Assembly: GCA_951406725.2 (NCBI GenBank)
Contig: OX597828.1
Coordinates: forward strand, 16,430,001-16,494,000
Direction of reading: 5' to 3'
Source of the DNA: Octopus vulgaris
Taxonomy: Eukaryota
Length of the DNA: 64,000 bases
Program-made: the position numbers and the translations under genes
The notes under the pieces: generated by a model
Databases searched by the model: none
Seen by the model: the letters and a program-made list of their open reading frames with translations, nothing else
Told to the model about the DNA's origin: nothing
Shown here: one piece after another, positions 27,567-41,383 of the stretch
How the letters are laid out: every line of letters starts with the position of its first letter
Position numbering within the stretch: the stretch's first letter is position 1

Positions 27567-28157
27567 CATTAATGTTCTTTGTGTTTACATTTAAAGGACT
27601 GCGTGTTGCTTCCAGTATAGCACGGCCGGGCCGGCTTTTTCTCCGTAACATTACACCGCATCTGTAGTTAAGGGGTTGTTTATTGGCGAATGAAAGATTC
27701 CTGTGTTTCTACATCGTCTGTCATCAAGTGGCTCCACCACTCACCATTTCTCCGTTTGCACTTGTGTATGTATGTGTGTATGTATGTGTGTGTGTGTATG
27801 TGTGTGTGTGTTTCCTCTCTTTCACTCTCGCTTTCTCCCGTTGTCTCTTACACACACGCACATACACATATTTACACGTACGTACACACACGGGTCTGTT
27901 TTTTCCCCCTGTTGCTCTGCTCTTGAAAGCAATATTAACTGTGTATGTGTGTGTCTCCCACTCAGCAGAGGTTGATACACGAACCGACGCACACGAAGAA
28001 ACCCACGCAGACACACACACACACACACACAGACGCACACATATTCACACACAAATGCACACACACATACACACACAGATTCACACACATATTCACTCAC
28101 ACACATGCATACACACACGCACACACACACAGACACACACATATTCACACACATATT

Positions 28158-28189
<32 letters not shown>

Positions 28190-28808
28190 CATGCACACAC
28201 ACACGCACACTCGCACACATACACACACACGCGCACATGCACACGCACGCACACACACATACGCACACATACACACACAGACACATGCACACACGCACAC
28301 GCACGTCCACACATACACACATAAACATCTATCAATTGTAAAGTGATACACTCTGTGTGTTTGTCTGTCTGTCTGTTTCACTCTCTAATACACAATCCCC
28401 CCTCTCTCTCTTATTCTCTCTCTCTCTCTCACTATAGCACACTTACGCTCACTTTCTCTTTCCCCCTCCCTTTTCCTCTCATAAACACACACTGGTGGGC
28501 GCACGCTCACACAACTACACTCATACACACACACTCACATATACACACTCACACACACTTTTTCTCTCCCCCTTTCTCCCTTACTTGCCCTCGTTAACAC
28601 ACACACACACATAAACACCTATCAATCGTATAGAGATATTAACATTCACCCTCTCTCCTCCTCTCTCTCTATGTCTGTCTTTCTAACACGTTCCCTCTTT
28701 GTCTCTCTCTCTCTCTCTCACTCTCTCTCTTACTCCAAAACACTCTCACTCACATTCTCTCTCTTACTCCGTCTCTCTGTCATAAACACACGCTGGTGGG
28801 CGCACGTA

Positions 28809-28854
<46 letters not shown>

Positions 28855-29581
28855 GTTTCTCCCTTTAACACATACACTTGCCCTCGTTAACACATACACA
28901 CATAAACGTCTATCATTCACACTCTCCTCCTCTCTCTCTCTCTCTCTGTCTTTCTCTCTAACTCACATACCCCATCTCCTCCTCTTCTCTCTCTGTCTAT
29001 CTGTCTTTCCCTCTAACACACATACCCCATCTCCACCTCCTCTCTCTCTGTCTATCTGTCTTTCCCTCTAACTCACATACCCCATCTCCTCCTCTCTCTC
29101 TCTCTCTCTGTCTCTTACTCCAAAACATTCTCACTCACATTCTCTCCCTTACTCCTCTCTGTCATAAACATACGCTGGTGGCCGCACGTACTCACACACA
29201 CACACACATGCACACACACACCAACATACACACGCACACACACACACACCTACACACACGCACACGCACTATCGCTCGCTCTCTCACGTTATCTCTGTCT
29301 TTCACCTCACAGAATCTCTATCAATCGTTGAGGTATTTATATTAATGTTAATAGTGATACCAACGTCGGCTCGTATCAGTTGTTCTGAAGACATAAACAT
29401 ACAGCTATAAACAAGCCACAAAGAATGCCGCCGTGATCAGCATTACTCGCTCAAAACACAAGAACTGTTCATAAATGTTTATACTAGAATGATGTAGAGG
29501 TGTAGACGTGTTGTGGTTGTTTAACCCCAGGTGAACCTGGATCGAGTAGAGCTATAATGAAAGCTATTTCGATAATGATTA

Positions 29582-29935
29582 TACTCTAGAACCTCGACTT
29601 ACGAATGCCTCTCATCACGAAAATATCTGTTTACGAATAATTTTTTTAAGTATCAAACGGGTTAAGTATCTCGGGTGAAGAACGGTGGATCGATTAACGA
29701 ACATGTTGGCCGGCAATAACGGTTGGCAAAATGCTGGGATTATCGGTGGGAAAGCGTCAAGTTATTATTACTGCACATCGCTATTCGAATTCGCTGTGCC
29801 TTCTCTTGAATTTCTAATGGAGAAAAATAGTTTCGGCTTACGAACATTTTTCGATTTTTCGAACATATAACGTCGAGAGTGAACGGCAGTGTCTCGAGTA
29901 AAGAACACGCAGCTACACGAAGAAACCCTCGCAGA

Positions 29936-30032
<97 letters not shown>

Positions 30033-30203
30033 ACACATACACACACACACACACTCACACGTACACTGGTTGGCGACAACGCGTCAGTTGCTGCTTAGTT
30101 TTCATTTAGTACACAGTCCTGCTTCCGTTTCGGCTTACGTGCATTTCAGGTAACGAACGGCTTTCAGGGACGAATTGAATTCGTGAACCGATGTTCCACT
30201 GTA
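29582..30203. mobile_element. Tigger/pogo-like MITE with internal (CA)n
   Basis: Imperfect TIRs ta-ctctagaacctcgacttacgaa ... ttcgtgaaccgatgttccactg-ta resemble CAGTGGAACCTCGGTTTACGAA-type ends. Confidence 0.7.
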
Positions 30204-30420
30204 CTTTCTTTTTATTTTTTATATATATAATGTCTCTAATTCTTCATTTTAGAAAGTATCTTTTCTATTCTTAAGACGATAGGATGTGATCTCAGAAAAA
30301 TTTAGCGGCTCTCATTAAGTTTCTTCCAACCACTTGAACATTTTCATCTCATAATTTACCAAAAATTATGAGAGCGGCGACAGCAGTGGTGGTGGTGGTG
30401 GTGGTGGTGGTGGTGGTTAC

Positions 30421-31445
30421 TATTACCTCTGCTTTACCGAAGGCGGTGGTATCGTTTCAGTTGTGTTTGTTTACTTGCTTGTCCATGGACAAGATATCTC
30501 AAGAACCACTTCATGGATTCGGATGAAACTTTCAGGGATGTTTAGTCTCGTGACTAGAACGAATTGATTAGATTTTGGGATCGATCCGGTACCGGACAAG
30601 GATTCTGGATTATTTGTTATACTTACTTTACATGAAATATTACGATCTCTGCTTATCTCCTTTGAAAGCACGTTCATGGTTTCCTCGTAAGCTATGGTGG
30701 CATTGTTGTTTCCAAAGTTTTATTTTCGTTTCTCTATTATCAATTTTACTCGCGTCTCTATCTTCGTAGAAAGTGATGGATAAAGAAATCAAACTACATA
30801 AACAAACGGCAGCAAAACCATTCAGAAATTAAATAACACTAACATATTCAGTATCAATAATAAATTTAATTTATCATCGACAAAATTTAGTTTTAACAAA
30901 TTTGAATATATCGCTCTTTTTTTAAAACATTTTCCTACTTGACAGTTGCACTTTTAGCTCTGCCTTGAAGAAAGCTTTACTTCTTGGACTCACGTTTTTG
31001 TTAAACCTCCGTTAACAGCACCGTGTGCAGGTCATTTCTGTTTTCATTCACGCACTGATAAATTTTCCACTATAGAGACTTTAATGGTCCTAAAGAAACT
31101 ATATCGGTGGACAGACTAAAAAAGGCCTTCGTAGAGAAAACTGTCTCTGTTCCCACTGCAGACGATACATACACAGCATTAAAAACACCGTCCGCATACC
31201 CACCTTCACATTCCGTGACTACCACTGGGATCGATCCGGTACCGGATAAGGACACTGGATTATTTTTCCGTTTTGTTTTTTTACTTAATTTTTGAGAGCA
31301 GTCGGGTTCATTTTTAGTATTCTCGTTTGTGATAGCAGTCGAGTCTATTTCAGATATTCTCATTTTAAAAATCATCTCCGGCTAATCGTTGAGAGGACGT
31401 TGATGTTGCCTTGGCGGAGGTTTGCGCTCCCTGAGTGCTCTTGTT
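30421..31445 (+). mobile_element. Helentron-associated non-autonomous element (HINE/DINE-1-like)
   Basis: 5' tattacctctgc..aaggcggtggt subterminal IR, 3' ccttggcggaggt subTIR followed by the hairpin gcgctc-cct-gagtgc and a T-rich end. An internal core gggatcgatccggtaccgga is duplicated (~30577, ~31227). Confidence 0.7.
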
Positions 31446-31915
31446 GCTTTTGTTGCTGTTGCTGGTGCTGCTATTGTTTAGTCTCATGCCAGCTCAAACT
31501 GAGCAGACTTCCAAGCAAAGGCGTTTCAAACTTTACCATGTTTACGCGCTACTAAACGCGTAGCTAATCGGACGATCAAATATTTCATAAACCTACATCG
31601 TTACATTTACAAATGTAGTGCCAATAAGTTATTGTGGGCGTCTGATTAATTGGTTTGGGTGCTGTGTGGCCTCAATCATTTACTTGAGAATTTGATTCCC
31701 AGATTGGTTCACATGTTGTGTCCTACACACGTTACCCTTGTTCATTGCCCTGAAAATAAAACCCAGCAGCAATCAACTGGTGTTGTCAAGCTCGTAATGG
31801 ATTGGCGCATGCACAAGCCTACATAAAGATTAGGAACAGCGACTGTCCTACTCGATATTTTTTCACTACAAAAAGCCTATACTTTGCGCTATTGGTTCCG
31901 GGTTTTATAATACAA

Positions 31916-32304
31916 CTAGCAGTATCGCCCGGCGTTGCTCAGGTTTGTAAGGGAAATAACTATAAAGCATTTTTAGAGAGTTATAGCCAAAAAATAGCAA
32001 AAAAATGGAAAAAAAATTATGGTAAATTTTTTTTTGAGAGTAAAAAAAAGGTTGAGTTGCGTCCCCTAGACAGTCTGTGGTTTGTTTTTTTTGATTCTCG
32101 ACCCCATGTCGAATTTATCGATTTTTTTCAGAACTGGGGTTAACTTTTCAAAATTTTCGCTGCGTTAGTTTTGAATTATGACATTGGGCTATGTGTGTGT
32201 CAAGTTTCATCAGAATCGGTTGAAAGCCGTGGTCAGGGTGAGGGTACGAGAAAACAGACACACAGAAACACGCACAGACAAACTGCCGTTTATATATAGA
32301 GAGA
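31916..32304 (-). mobile_element. Non-autonomous Helitron
   Basis: Minus strand starts A|TCTCTCTATATATAAA and ends with an imperfect GC-rich hairpin (cctgagcaacgccggg) ~10 nt before CTAG|T. It sits between A and T with no TSD. Confidence 0.8.
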
Positions 32305-32609
32305 TGAGCCTTATAAATAAACTAATTCCTTTGAGCTGTTCCAATAACAACAATCTTGCGAGCTATAGAAGTCTGACTTGTCAAATCAGTTATATGCGTA
32401 TGTGTTTACGGCTTCGGCTGATTTTAAAGGTAATACGTTGTGACTGATTACCTTGGAGTTTTCTTCCAGAATTTTCCCAGCGCCAGGAAGTTGTGTCGCA
32501 GTCTCGAAATATTTATTGTTTGCAAAATTTCGCTGAGCACTTAACGTGAATTTACACGCACTTGAGATGAATAAGGAGGTATTGTGTTGCATTGGAGTGA
32601 GTCGTATTA

Positions 32610-32651
<42 letters not shown>

Positions 32652-32861
32652 TGTGTGTGTGTGTATTTGTGTATGTATGATTGCATGTATGTATATGTAT
32701 ATTTGTGCGTTTACACACATAAAAAAATTCACCTACATATGCATAAGAGAGATAGAGACGGGCAGAAACAAAGAAAATGCCACTTGTATTTGAACACTAT
32801 ACGAATATTCTTAAAAAAAAATTTTCTTTTAATTTTTCTAAATTTAATTATCTAATTGTTA

Positions 32862-32897
32862 CAGTTGAAAAAGTCTCATTGACTGAAACCGGTACTG
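32862..32897 (+). ncRNA. Hammerhead-like motif with variant core (UUGAAAA)
   Basis: cag-TTGAAAA-agtc-tcatt-gact-GAAA-ccg-GTA-ctg: all three stems form and stem III is the palindrome ACCGGT. Confidence 0.5.
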
Positions 32898-33068
32898 AAA
32901 TTTTTTTTATAAAATTGTTTTGGCATTTTCTATTCTCTTTCTCTTTCTCTATCTTGACTTTTTTTTTTCACACACACACACACACAATATATATATATAT
33001 ATATATATAGACATAATACATAGGGTAATAATAAATTATTACAACACTTTCCTATTTGGAAGCCTCTT

Positions 33069-33105
<37 letters not shown>

Positions 33106-33147
33106 AAGTATATGTATATCTAGGTATGTATGTATGTATCTATGTAT

Positions 33148-33189
<42 letters not shown>

Positions 33190-33488
33190 GTGTGTATATA
33201 CATACATTTAAATACATATATATCATTATATACACATAATATATAATATGATATAATATAATATATATATGGTACCTCAGTCGAATGTTTAAGAAGAGAT
33301 ATAAAAACTCAATGCATTATAAGTAGGGCATAATACATACATAAAAGCATCCACCCACACCCTTAGCGTCATATGGACATACACACACGCACATACGCAC
33401 GGACACGGACATATATCAAATTTAATATTGTTGTCAGTGTCATGTTCAGCGATATCTTAATACCATCGTAAGAGGAAATGACAGATAC

Positions 33489-33643
<155 letters not shown>

Positions 33644-34024
33644 GGCAATAATAATAATAAATATAATGGCAATAATAATATTTAACAGTAAATAAATGAA
33701 TATATAAACAAATAAATGCAAACACACTTCCTTTGAAAATAAGGGCATACACGAGGGGGGCGGCGATAGATGACTGCTTGGTGGGTATGGAGGTGGGTTG
33801 GGGGGCGTTTTACACACACGAGTGGTGACGGAGTGGCTGGTTGGTCGGTCGGTCGGTGGTCGGTCGACTAACAGAAGCTAACATCGCACATGTTGGTCTG
33901 GTGGTAGAACGAAACACGTTTAAAGGAAGAGGTGTGAGGATGCTGGAGAGAAAGAGAGAGAGAGAGATGGAGAGAGAGTGCGTGTGTGTGTATGAGAGAG
34001 AAAAATAAATATGAGGAGAGCGGA

Positions 34025-34250
34025 AACATTTTATGAGTTTAAGGGAGATTAATTATAGCGATAGCTAGCCTAGAACCAATAGGATGATGGATCTATTACA
34101 GCTGACACCATGTGACCACATGACAGTTTATGGTTGTTATAAAACAAGGCTATTAAGCTTGTGAAGGCATATCTAATTGCTGTACAGTGAGTGGAAAGAG
34201 CAAAGAGCCTGTGAAGCACATTGGCTGGTTAACGTCACTTCCTGGATTAC
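34025..34250. promoter_or_regulatory. Candidate cis-regulatory island
   Basis: Unique sequence with TTTATGA, CCAAT, TGATGGAT (Pbx-Hox type), TGACAG (Meis/Prep) abutting TTTATGG, ATTGG, ACGTCA and ACTTCCTG. Motif evidence only. Confidence 0.3.
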
Positions 34251-34841
34251 TTCTTCGAATACAGAGAACCGACTGGATGGGCAAGCACTAGCGCCCTCTA
34301 AATAAAGTCCATTTATTCGTCTCTGCCCCGACTTTTACTAATTCACACTTCTTCCTTCTTTTCTGTTTTTTTTTTGTTCATCCTCAACAATTTCTACCCC
34401 GACAACGATTATTTCGTCAGTCGTATTTGGTGGGTGGTAGTAAAAGGGTGGGTGCGGAGCGGAGATGGTGGTAGTGGTGGATGTGGTTGCGGTAATGGTG
34501 TAGATTTAGCGCCAATAAAGTAATCCATTTCCTTCTGATGATAACCATCAATGTATGAAGACAGTCTGAGAGTCTCGAAGTCTGTTTATATAGAAACTGT
34601 AGAATCTACTTCCTGGTTTCTTTGATACAACGCAACGAACAGACATTGTGTGTGTGTGTGTGTGTGTGTGTGCACGCACGCATACATGCATACATATACG
34701 TACATAAATATATGCATACACACACGTACACACCAAAGTTGTAGAGCAAACAGAATAAACATAACTATTATGAATATTTATATATTTTAATACTTTAATG
34801 GTCGTGTGTGAAAACCCTCAGCCCTGTCGATCAGTAATAGC

Positions 34842-34903
<62 letters not shown>

Positions 34904-34967
34904 TAATAATAATAATGATAATGATAATAATAATAATAATGATAATAATAATAATAATGATAATAAG

Positions 34968-35165
34968 GGTTTCACGTTTTGGCGTCAAGCCAGCAAGCCT
35001 TATGTCGATTACATCGACCCAGTACGCAACTGGTACCTATTTTATCGACCCCGAAAAAATGAAAGGCAAAGTCGACCTCGGTGAAATTTGAACTCACTGC
35101 GTAGAGATGGACAAAATACTGACAAGCATTTTGCATGGTATGCTAACGATTCTGCCAACTCCCCT
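34968..35165 (-). mobile_element. SINE family B between (AAT)n tracts
   Basis: Family body motifs present. Confidence 0.8.
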
Positions 35166-35231
35166 AAAACTAATAACAATAATAATAATGATGATGATGA
35201 TGGTAATAATAACAACAACAGCAGCAGCAGC

Positions 35232-35330
<99 letters not shown>

Positions 35331-35770
35331 TAATAATTGTATATCGAGAAAAGACGAAAGGTTTCTCCCGAGCCAATTACATACTTCAAGTCAGTGCTGG
35401 CAGAAATTAAATCAGCTTGCAAATCTACTTTCACTTTATGAAACTTATAATCTGGCTAAGCCCGAACAGCCCGGGCGCCGGAGTCGCCACTGATACACAC
35501 ACACACAAACACACACACACACACACAAATATATATATATCAGAGGCAATATATATATCAGGTCAACAGCATCACACGAGCTCATCGCAGATTTCGCATA
35601 AGTGACATCTTTAAAAGAAGGTAAGAGACGTAATGCACACCGCAGACTTAAAAATATGCTCGGATAATTAAACAGGAAGCAAGTTTGCTGCTTTTAACGA
35701 AAGAATGCCACACGTTTTCGCGCTTTATTTCTAGCTTCAAACGACTTATTTTTTTATCTCTAGCATTATA

Positions 35771-36182
35771 GGCGCAGGAGTGGCTGTGTGGTAAGTAGCT
35801 TGCTAACCAACCACATGGTTCCGGGTTCAGTCCCACTGCGTGGCATCTTGGGCAAGTGTCTTCTGCTATAGCCCCGGGCCGACCAATGCCTTGTGAGTGG
35901 ATTTGGTAGACGGAAACTGAAAGAAGCCTGTCGTATATATGTATATATATATGTATGCGTGTGTGTTTGTGTTTGTCCTCCTAGGATTGCTTGACAACCA
36001 ATGCTGGTGTGTTTACGTCCCCGTCACTTATCGGTTCGGCAAAAAGAGACCGATAGAATAAGTACTGGGCTTACAAAGAATAAGTCCCGGGGTCGATTTG
36101 CTCGACTAAAGGAGGTGCTCCAGCATGGCCGCAGTCAAATGACTAAAACAAGTAAAAGATAAAAGATAAAAAGATAAAAGAT
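35771..36182 (+). mobile_element. SINE family A, full length
   Basis: tRNA-like A/B-box head, internal (TA/TG)n and (GATAAAA)n tail. Confidence 0.92.
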
Positions 36183-36825
36183 ATCTTTCTCCATTTCTAA
36201 GTTAATGGTAAAAATAAGGTAACCATGCAAAACACAACTGATCTTTACACACAGACGATCAGAATAACAGCAATACCAGCAAATAATGAAAGCGGAGTGC
36301 ACAAACATCAGCAATCTTGACTGTACCCTGCACTCTTGACAAGAGATGCCATTTAGTCTTTTACGCCTACCAGGCTCGTTCGTATTAGCCCGAGTTGCTG
36401 GATAATTTTTCGTTCCTTTCAGAATATTCTAGAGCGGAAACTTTTCATAGATTGGAATTTAAATCTTAATCCCTATAGAAATTTATCGTTTCAAGAAAAC
36501 ATTGAATTTGAATAATTTTTTTAATTTTTACGATTATAGATAACAACTCGCGCTGTAACTTCTGAGCCCGAGACAGGCGTGATGTTAAGAGAACGTCTGC
36601 TACGAATGATAATTTTTGACACAAGGCACCTCTAAGACAACCTGCTTTAAAGAATCTTTTAGTCGAAAAAAAAAAAGGAACCCAGGACTTGCTGCTTGTA
36701 AGCCTAATACTTATTCTATCCGTCTTTTTGCCAAACCGCTATGTTACGTGGACGTAAACACACCAACATCGGTTGTCAAGTGTTGGAGGGGGGACACACT
36801 CAGATACAAATATATATATATATAC

Positions 36826-36875
<50 letters not shown>

Positions 36876-36888
36876 ATATATATATATA

Positions 36889-36936
<48 letters not shown>

Positions 36937-36939
36937 CAT

Positions 36940-37026
<87 letters not shown>

Positions 37027-37054
37027 AAGAGAAAGAGAGAGAGAGAGAGAGAAA

Positions 37055-38810
37055 GATAAATTCAGATGAATATGGTACATCAGTTGAGGCACCAGAACTT
37101 AGTACGGTATTTTCCATACAATTTCAAAATAAGGTGATTAAAATCAAAATAAGCTAGAAGGATATCCAGAGGTAATTCAGTACAATCGTTTCACGCAACT
37201 CCATTTAGTTGAACAATGCAACCATTGCATCAATTTAAATGTAGAGCAAACCTCAGCTGCACAAAGATATAAAATTTAATTAAATTTTAAAAAATGGACA
37301 CATTAGTATAATTTTACCTAAAATCTCCTAAACAAATAACATGCTGCCTTCGCTTCAGCTTAGAAGCAACTGAGGTATCAGGAAGAAAGACTTGTTACCG
37401 ATTTTGCTTGTCACTGTTTTATGGGGTCAGTTTTAATTTATAGACTAGTGTTATCAAATCCTTGTATATCTAAGGCCGAGAGAACAAAGGGCAGTGTCTG
37501 TTAGAGGTAGGGGTGAGTGAGTCGACAGAAATCATAGTGGGTATAAATAATCATAAAAAATCAAGATTTATTAGAAGCAATATCATGAGATTTGGTAAAG
37601 GAAAACTTAAATCTAGATGTTAGCTGCCACTAGCAGACCATTGATAATGAATCAGGGGAAATCTTATCATGTAGTACTATATTATATAATTAAATTGCTA
37701 ACTCATCATATAGTTTCTGTGAATATTGATCAATTGGTAAATACTGGTATTTAATAAAAGAGTTCTGGGGTAAAAGAACATGCTAACTATATATTAATTA
37801 AATTATAATCTAAACAGGTTATTATAAATAGTGAATATACCAGTATTGTTTTATGTAAGCTAAGTATGAATTTATAGAGGTACAAAAATTAGATTTATTT
37901 TATACAGGCTATTGAAAAGGTTGCAAGACGCAACGAAAATTTTAGGAAAATAAAAATAAGAAATAAAGGGAAATTTTACCGGTGAGTGTGTTAAATTGTA
38001 AAGCACAAAAAGAACTGACTCTCCCCAGACACAACAGAATATGCTTCAACACTAGAACTTACATAAAGAATCTTGCATACCAAATCCAAACACGAAAAAT
38101 AAATAAAGGCTATTATAATATAATAAAGAAATAAAATAATCAGGTAGGGTAGAACACCATAGAGAAGGAATAAAATAGCTTAATCACTAAAAACATGATA
38201 AAGTATATAGTGGAGGCGCAATGGCCCAGTGGTTAGGACAGCGGACTCGCGGTCATAGGATCGCGGTTTCGATTCCCAGACCGGGCGTTGTGAGTGTTTA
38301 TTGAGCGAAAACACCTAAAGCTTCACGAGGCTCCGGCAGGGATGGTGGTGATCCCTGCTGTACTCTTTCACCACAACTTTCTCTCACTCTTACTTCCTGT
38401 TTCTGTTGTACCTTGTATTTCAAAGGGCCGGCCTTGTCACTCTCTGTGTCACGCTGAATATCCCCGAGAACTACGTTAAGGGTACACGTGTCTGTGGAGT
38501 GCTCAGCCACTTACACGTTAATTTCACGAGCAGGCTGTTCCGTTGATTCGGATCAACCGGAACCCTCGTCGTCGTAACCGACGGAGTGCTTCCATAAAAA
38601 AAGATAAAGTATATGTAGCTTATTAACAACAATAGAGAATATTTATAGAAAATGTATAATAATTCATAATATATTAAACGAAAGATTACATATTTACTTA
38701 TTTAGCTAGTATCAATAAAGACTGATATCCGGTATTAGCTAAAGGAATATTTATGTCATAGGACATTCTAATTTTACACTAATTTTTTAAAACTAAGAGT
38801 TATATTATAG
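37055..38810. mobile_element. AT-rich interspersed element (Penelope-like fragment?) interrupted by a SINE C
   Basis: 37055-37190 is homologous to 23120-23245 (gaatatggtac..gcaccagaa..ggtgatta.aatcaaaataagcta). The minus strand near 37180 has a GAAAcgattGTA hammerhead 3' half. Extent uncertain. Confidence 0.35.
38211..38595 (+). mobile_element. SINE family C, full length with TSD
   Basis: tRNA-like head (ggcgcaatggcccagtggttagg..ggtttcgattccc); TSD gataaagtatat at 38197-38208 and 38603-38614. Confidence 0.92.
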
Positions 38811-38848
38811 GTTTAAGAAGTTATTATTGTTACTCCATACATGATATT

Positions 38849-39110
38849 TGTGGAAGCGCGTGGCTTAGTGGTTAGGGTGTCAGCACCATGATCGTAAGAT
38901 TGTGGTTTCGATTCCTGGATCGACCGAGCGTTGTGTTCTTCAGCAAAACACTTCATTTCACGTTGCTCCAGTCCACTCGGCTGGCAAAAAGGAGTAACGC
39001 TGCGATGTATTGGCGTCCCATCCAGCTGGGAAACACATACGCCATTGAAACAGGGCAACCCGGTCCATGAACCTGGTTAGGCTTTAAAAAGGGCGCATTT
39101 ATTTATTTAT
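38849..39110 (+). mobile_element. SINE family D
   Basis: tRNA-like head gcgcgtggcttagtggttagg..gtttcgattcc and (ATTT)n tail. Confidence 0.9.
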
Positions 39111-39394
39111 TTATATGTATATGTATGTATGATATATTATATATATATCATTATTAGTATATTAAACTGTCGTATGTCCAATTTTGGCCAAATGCGTTTT
39201 ATTCAATATTTAATTTTGCTTGCAATAGCGGGTTCTTTCGGTCAAAGTATCGCATCTCCAGCTGCTTCAGATGCCAAGATATCGAAAATTGTCCAAGTGT
39301 AATACAATGGTTTTGCTATGAAATGGTGAAACTATTTTTTCGTTTTCTGAAAAAGGAACGTTTTGAACTTACAATACTTTTACATAATACCAAC

Positions 39395-39463
<69 letters not shown>

Positions 39464-39535
39464 GTATTTATGTATGTATGTATGTATGTATGTATATAAC
39501 AAAATAAACTTGCAAGGTATCGCACGAGGGAAAAT

Positions 39536-39860
39536 ATAGAGGAAAGAGGATTTGAAAAAGCAGAGGTCTTTTAAAGATGTTTATCGACTTGACCGGTTTC
39601 ACTATTTAAAAAAAAAGATTTTCAAAAGTAAAATGTAAGGCTTTGTGTAGCCTTTGTGGCGTTAAAAATGGTTATCATATTCTTATCATTGTCAAAGACT
39701 GTGTCACTGTATTTCAATTCATGTATGCTGACCATATTTTAACACCACAAAGGTTACACAAATCTTGCTCTTTACTTTTGAAAATTAAAAAAAAAAGTGA
39801 AGCTGGTCAAGTCAATAAACATCTTTAAAATACCTTTGCATTTGCAAATCTTCTTCCCTA
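39536..39860. mobile_element. Inverted pair of pLTR-like arms, each with a degenerate hammerhead
   Basis: 39536-39675 is the reverse complement of ~39730-39860. Each arm has actt-TTGAAAA...GAA(A/G)c(c/t)gGTC-aagt. Flanked by TA-rich microsatellites. Confidence 0.55.
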
Positions 39861-39947
<87 letters not shown>

Positions 39948-40299
39948 AAAGAGAGAGAGAGAGAGAGAGAGCATGTGTGTGCGTGTGTGTGTGTGTGTGT
40001 GTGTGGTTTTATCCGTCTCCCCGTCAACTCGTGTTGGCTAGTTTACGACACCGTAACTTAAGATCGCGGCAGCAAAAGTGACCTATAAAACAAATACTAG
40101 ACGTTAAAAAATAAAAATAAATAAATAAATAAATAAATAAAAGTAAAACTCTTGGATCGATTTGTTCGACTAAACCCTTAAAAAGATGCCCTAACATGGC
40201 TGCAGTCCAATGATGGAAACAAGAAAAAAAGATATCCATTGTGACACAGTGTAAGTAGCTGGTTGTCTGAAAAGCCTGGCCTTCCACACTACAATGTGA

Positions 40300-40558
40300 T
40301 AATAAATAAATGCGCCCTTTTAAAGCCTAGCCAGCCACATGGACCCGGTTTCCCGGTTTCAATGGCGTATGTAATCCCCAGCTGGATGGGACGCCAGTCC
40401 ATCGCAGGGTTACTCATTTTTGCGAGCTGAGTGGACTGGAGCAACGTGAAATTAAGTGTTTTGCTGAAGAACACAACGCTCACCCCGTCCAGGAATCGAA
40501 ACCACAATCTTACGATCATTGTGCTGACACCCTAACCACTAAGCCACGCGCCTCCACA
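40300..40558 (-). mobile_element. SINE family D with 10-bp TSD
   Basis: Reverse complement of 38849-39110; TSD acactacaat at 40286-40295 and 40562-40571. Confidence 0.9.
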
Positions 40559-41383
40559 CAAACACTACAATAGTAATACTATAATGGTAATACTAATACT
40601 ATGTGGACCTTAGTTTTTTTATAACATAGTAAATTGCACTGATAGAGAACAGCAGAGAAAATACACTATCAACTAGGTTCTGAATAGATATATAATTTAA
40701 TTAAGGTAGCGTTTTACTGTATTTCACTTGAGGACATCGGACATGGACACCATACGCGGTCATGAAATAGTGATAATCTGGTTGGTTTAATCATTAATTG
40801 GTGATGGTAGGCGGGAAAAAAAAAAAACAACAGAAAACGAATGGTAAAAAGAAAAAAAATACGAGTGGTTGTGAAATGGAGTTGGCATCATTAAATATGG
40901 TGATATTGCTCCATAACGAAGAGAGAAAGAGAGCTAGAAAGAGAGAGAGAGAGAGTGGAAGTGAAGGAGAGGGAGAGACAGAGAGGGGAATTAAATGATA
41001 ACAAAATCAAGCCAACACCATCACATCATTATCATCATCATTAACATTAACAACAGTAACTAGAAGATTGGTAAATGATAATGTAGGCGCGTTTCGTTGG
41101 AGGTATTATTAGAATCGTGAAACGGTAAAAAATGTTTTTAAAATGGAACGGACGTGTATATGGAGTAATATAATATGCTTACTGATATAATGCATGTCTA
41201 GATGTATGTAATAAAGTAAACATACAATGATTTTTAATAGTTTTGTGACTTAGATAGGGGATGTGTTAATACAAGGGAGATTTGTGTGTCGAGACATTTG
41301 TGTGTCTCGCCGATCATTTTCTAGGAGTGTCGCGGAATGAAGTCAAATCTGATAAACGTTGACGAATGTTTGGTTATGAAGAA

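Noticed and set aside
38211-38290. tRNA genes at SINE heads (also 35771, 38849, 41384)
   Set aside because: A/B-box-like motifs run directly into SINE bodies without a complete cloverleaf or acceptor stem.
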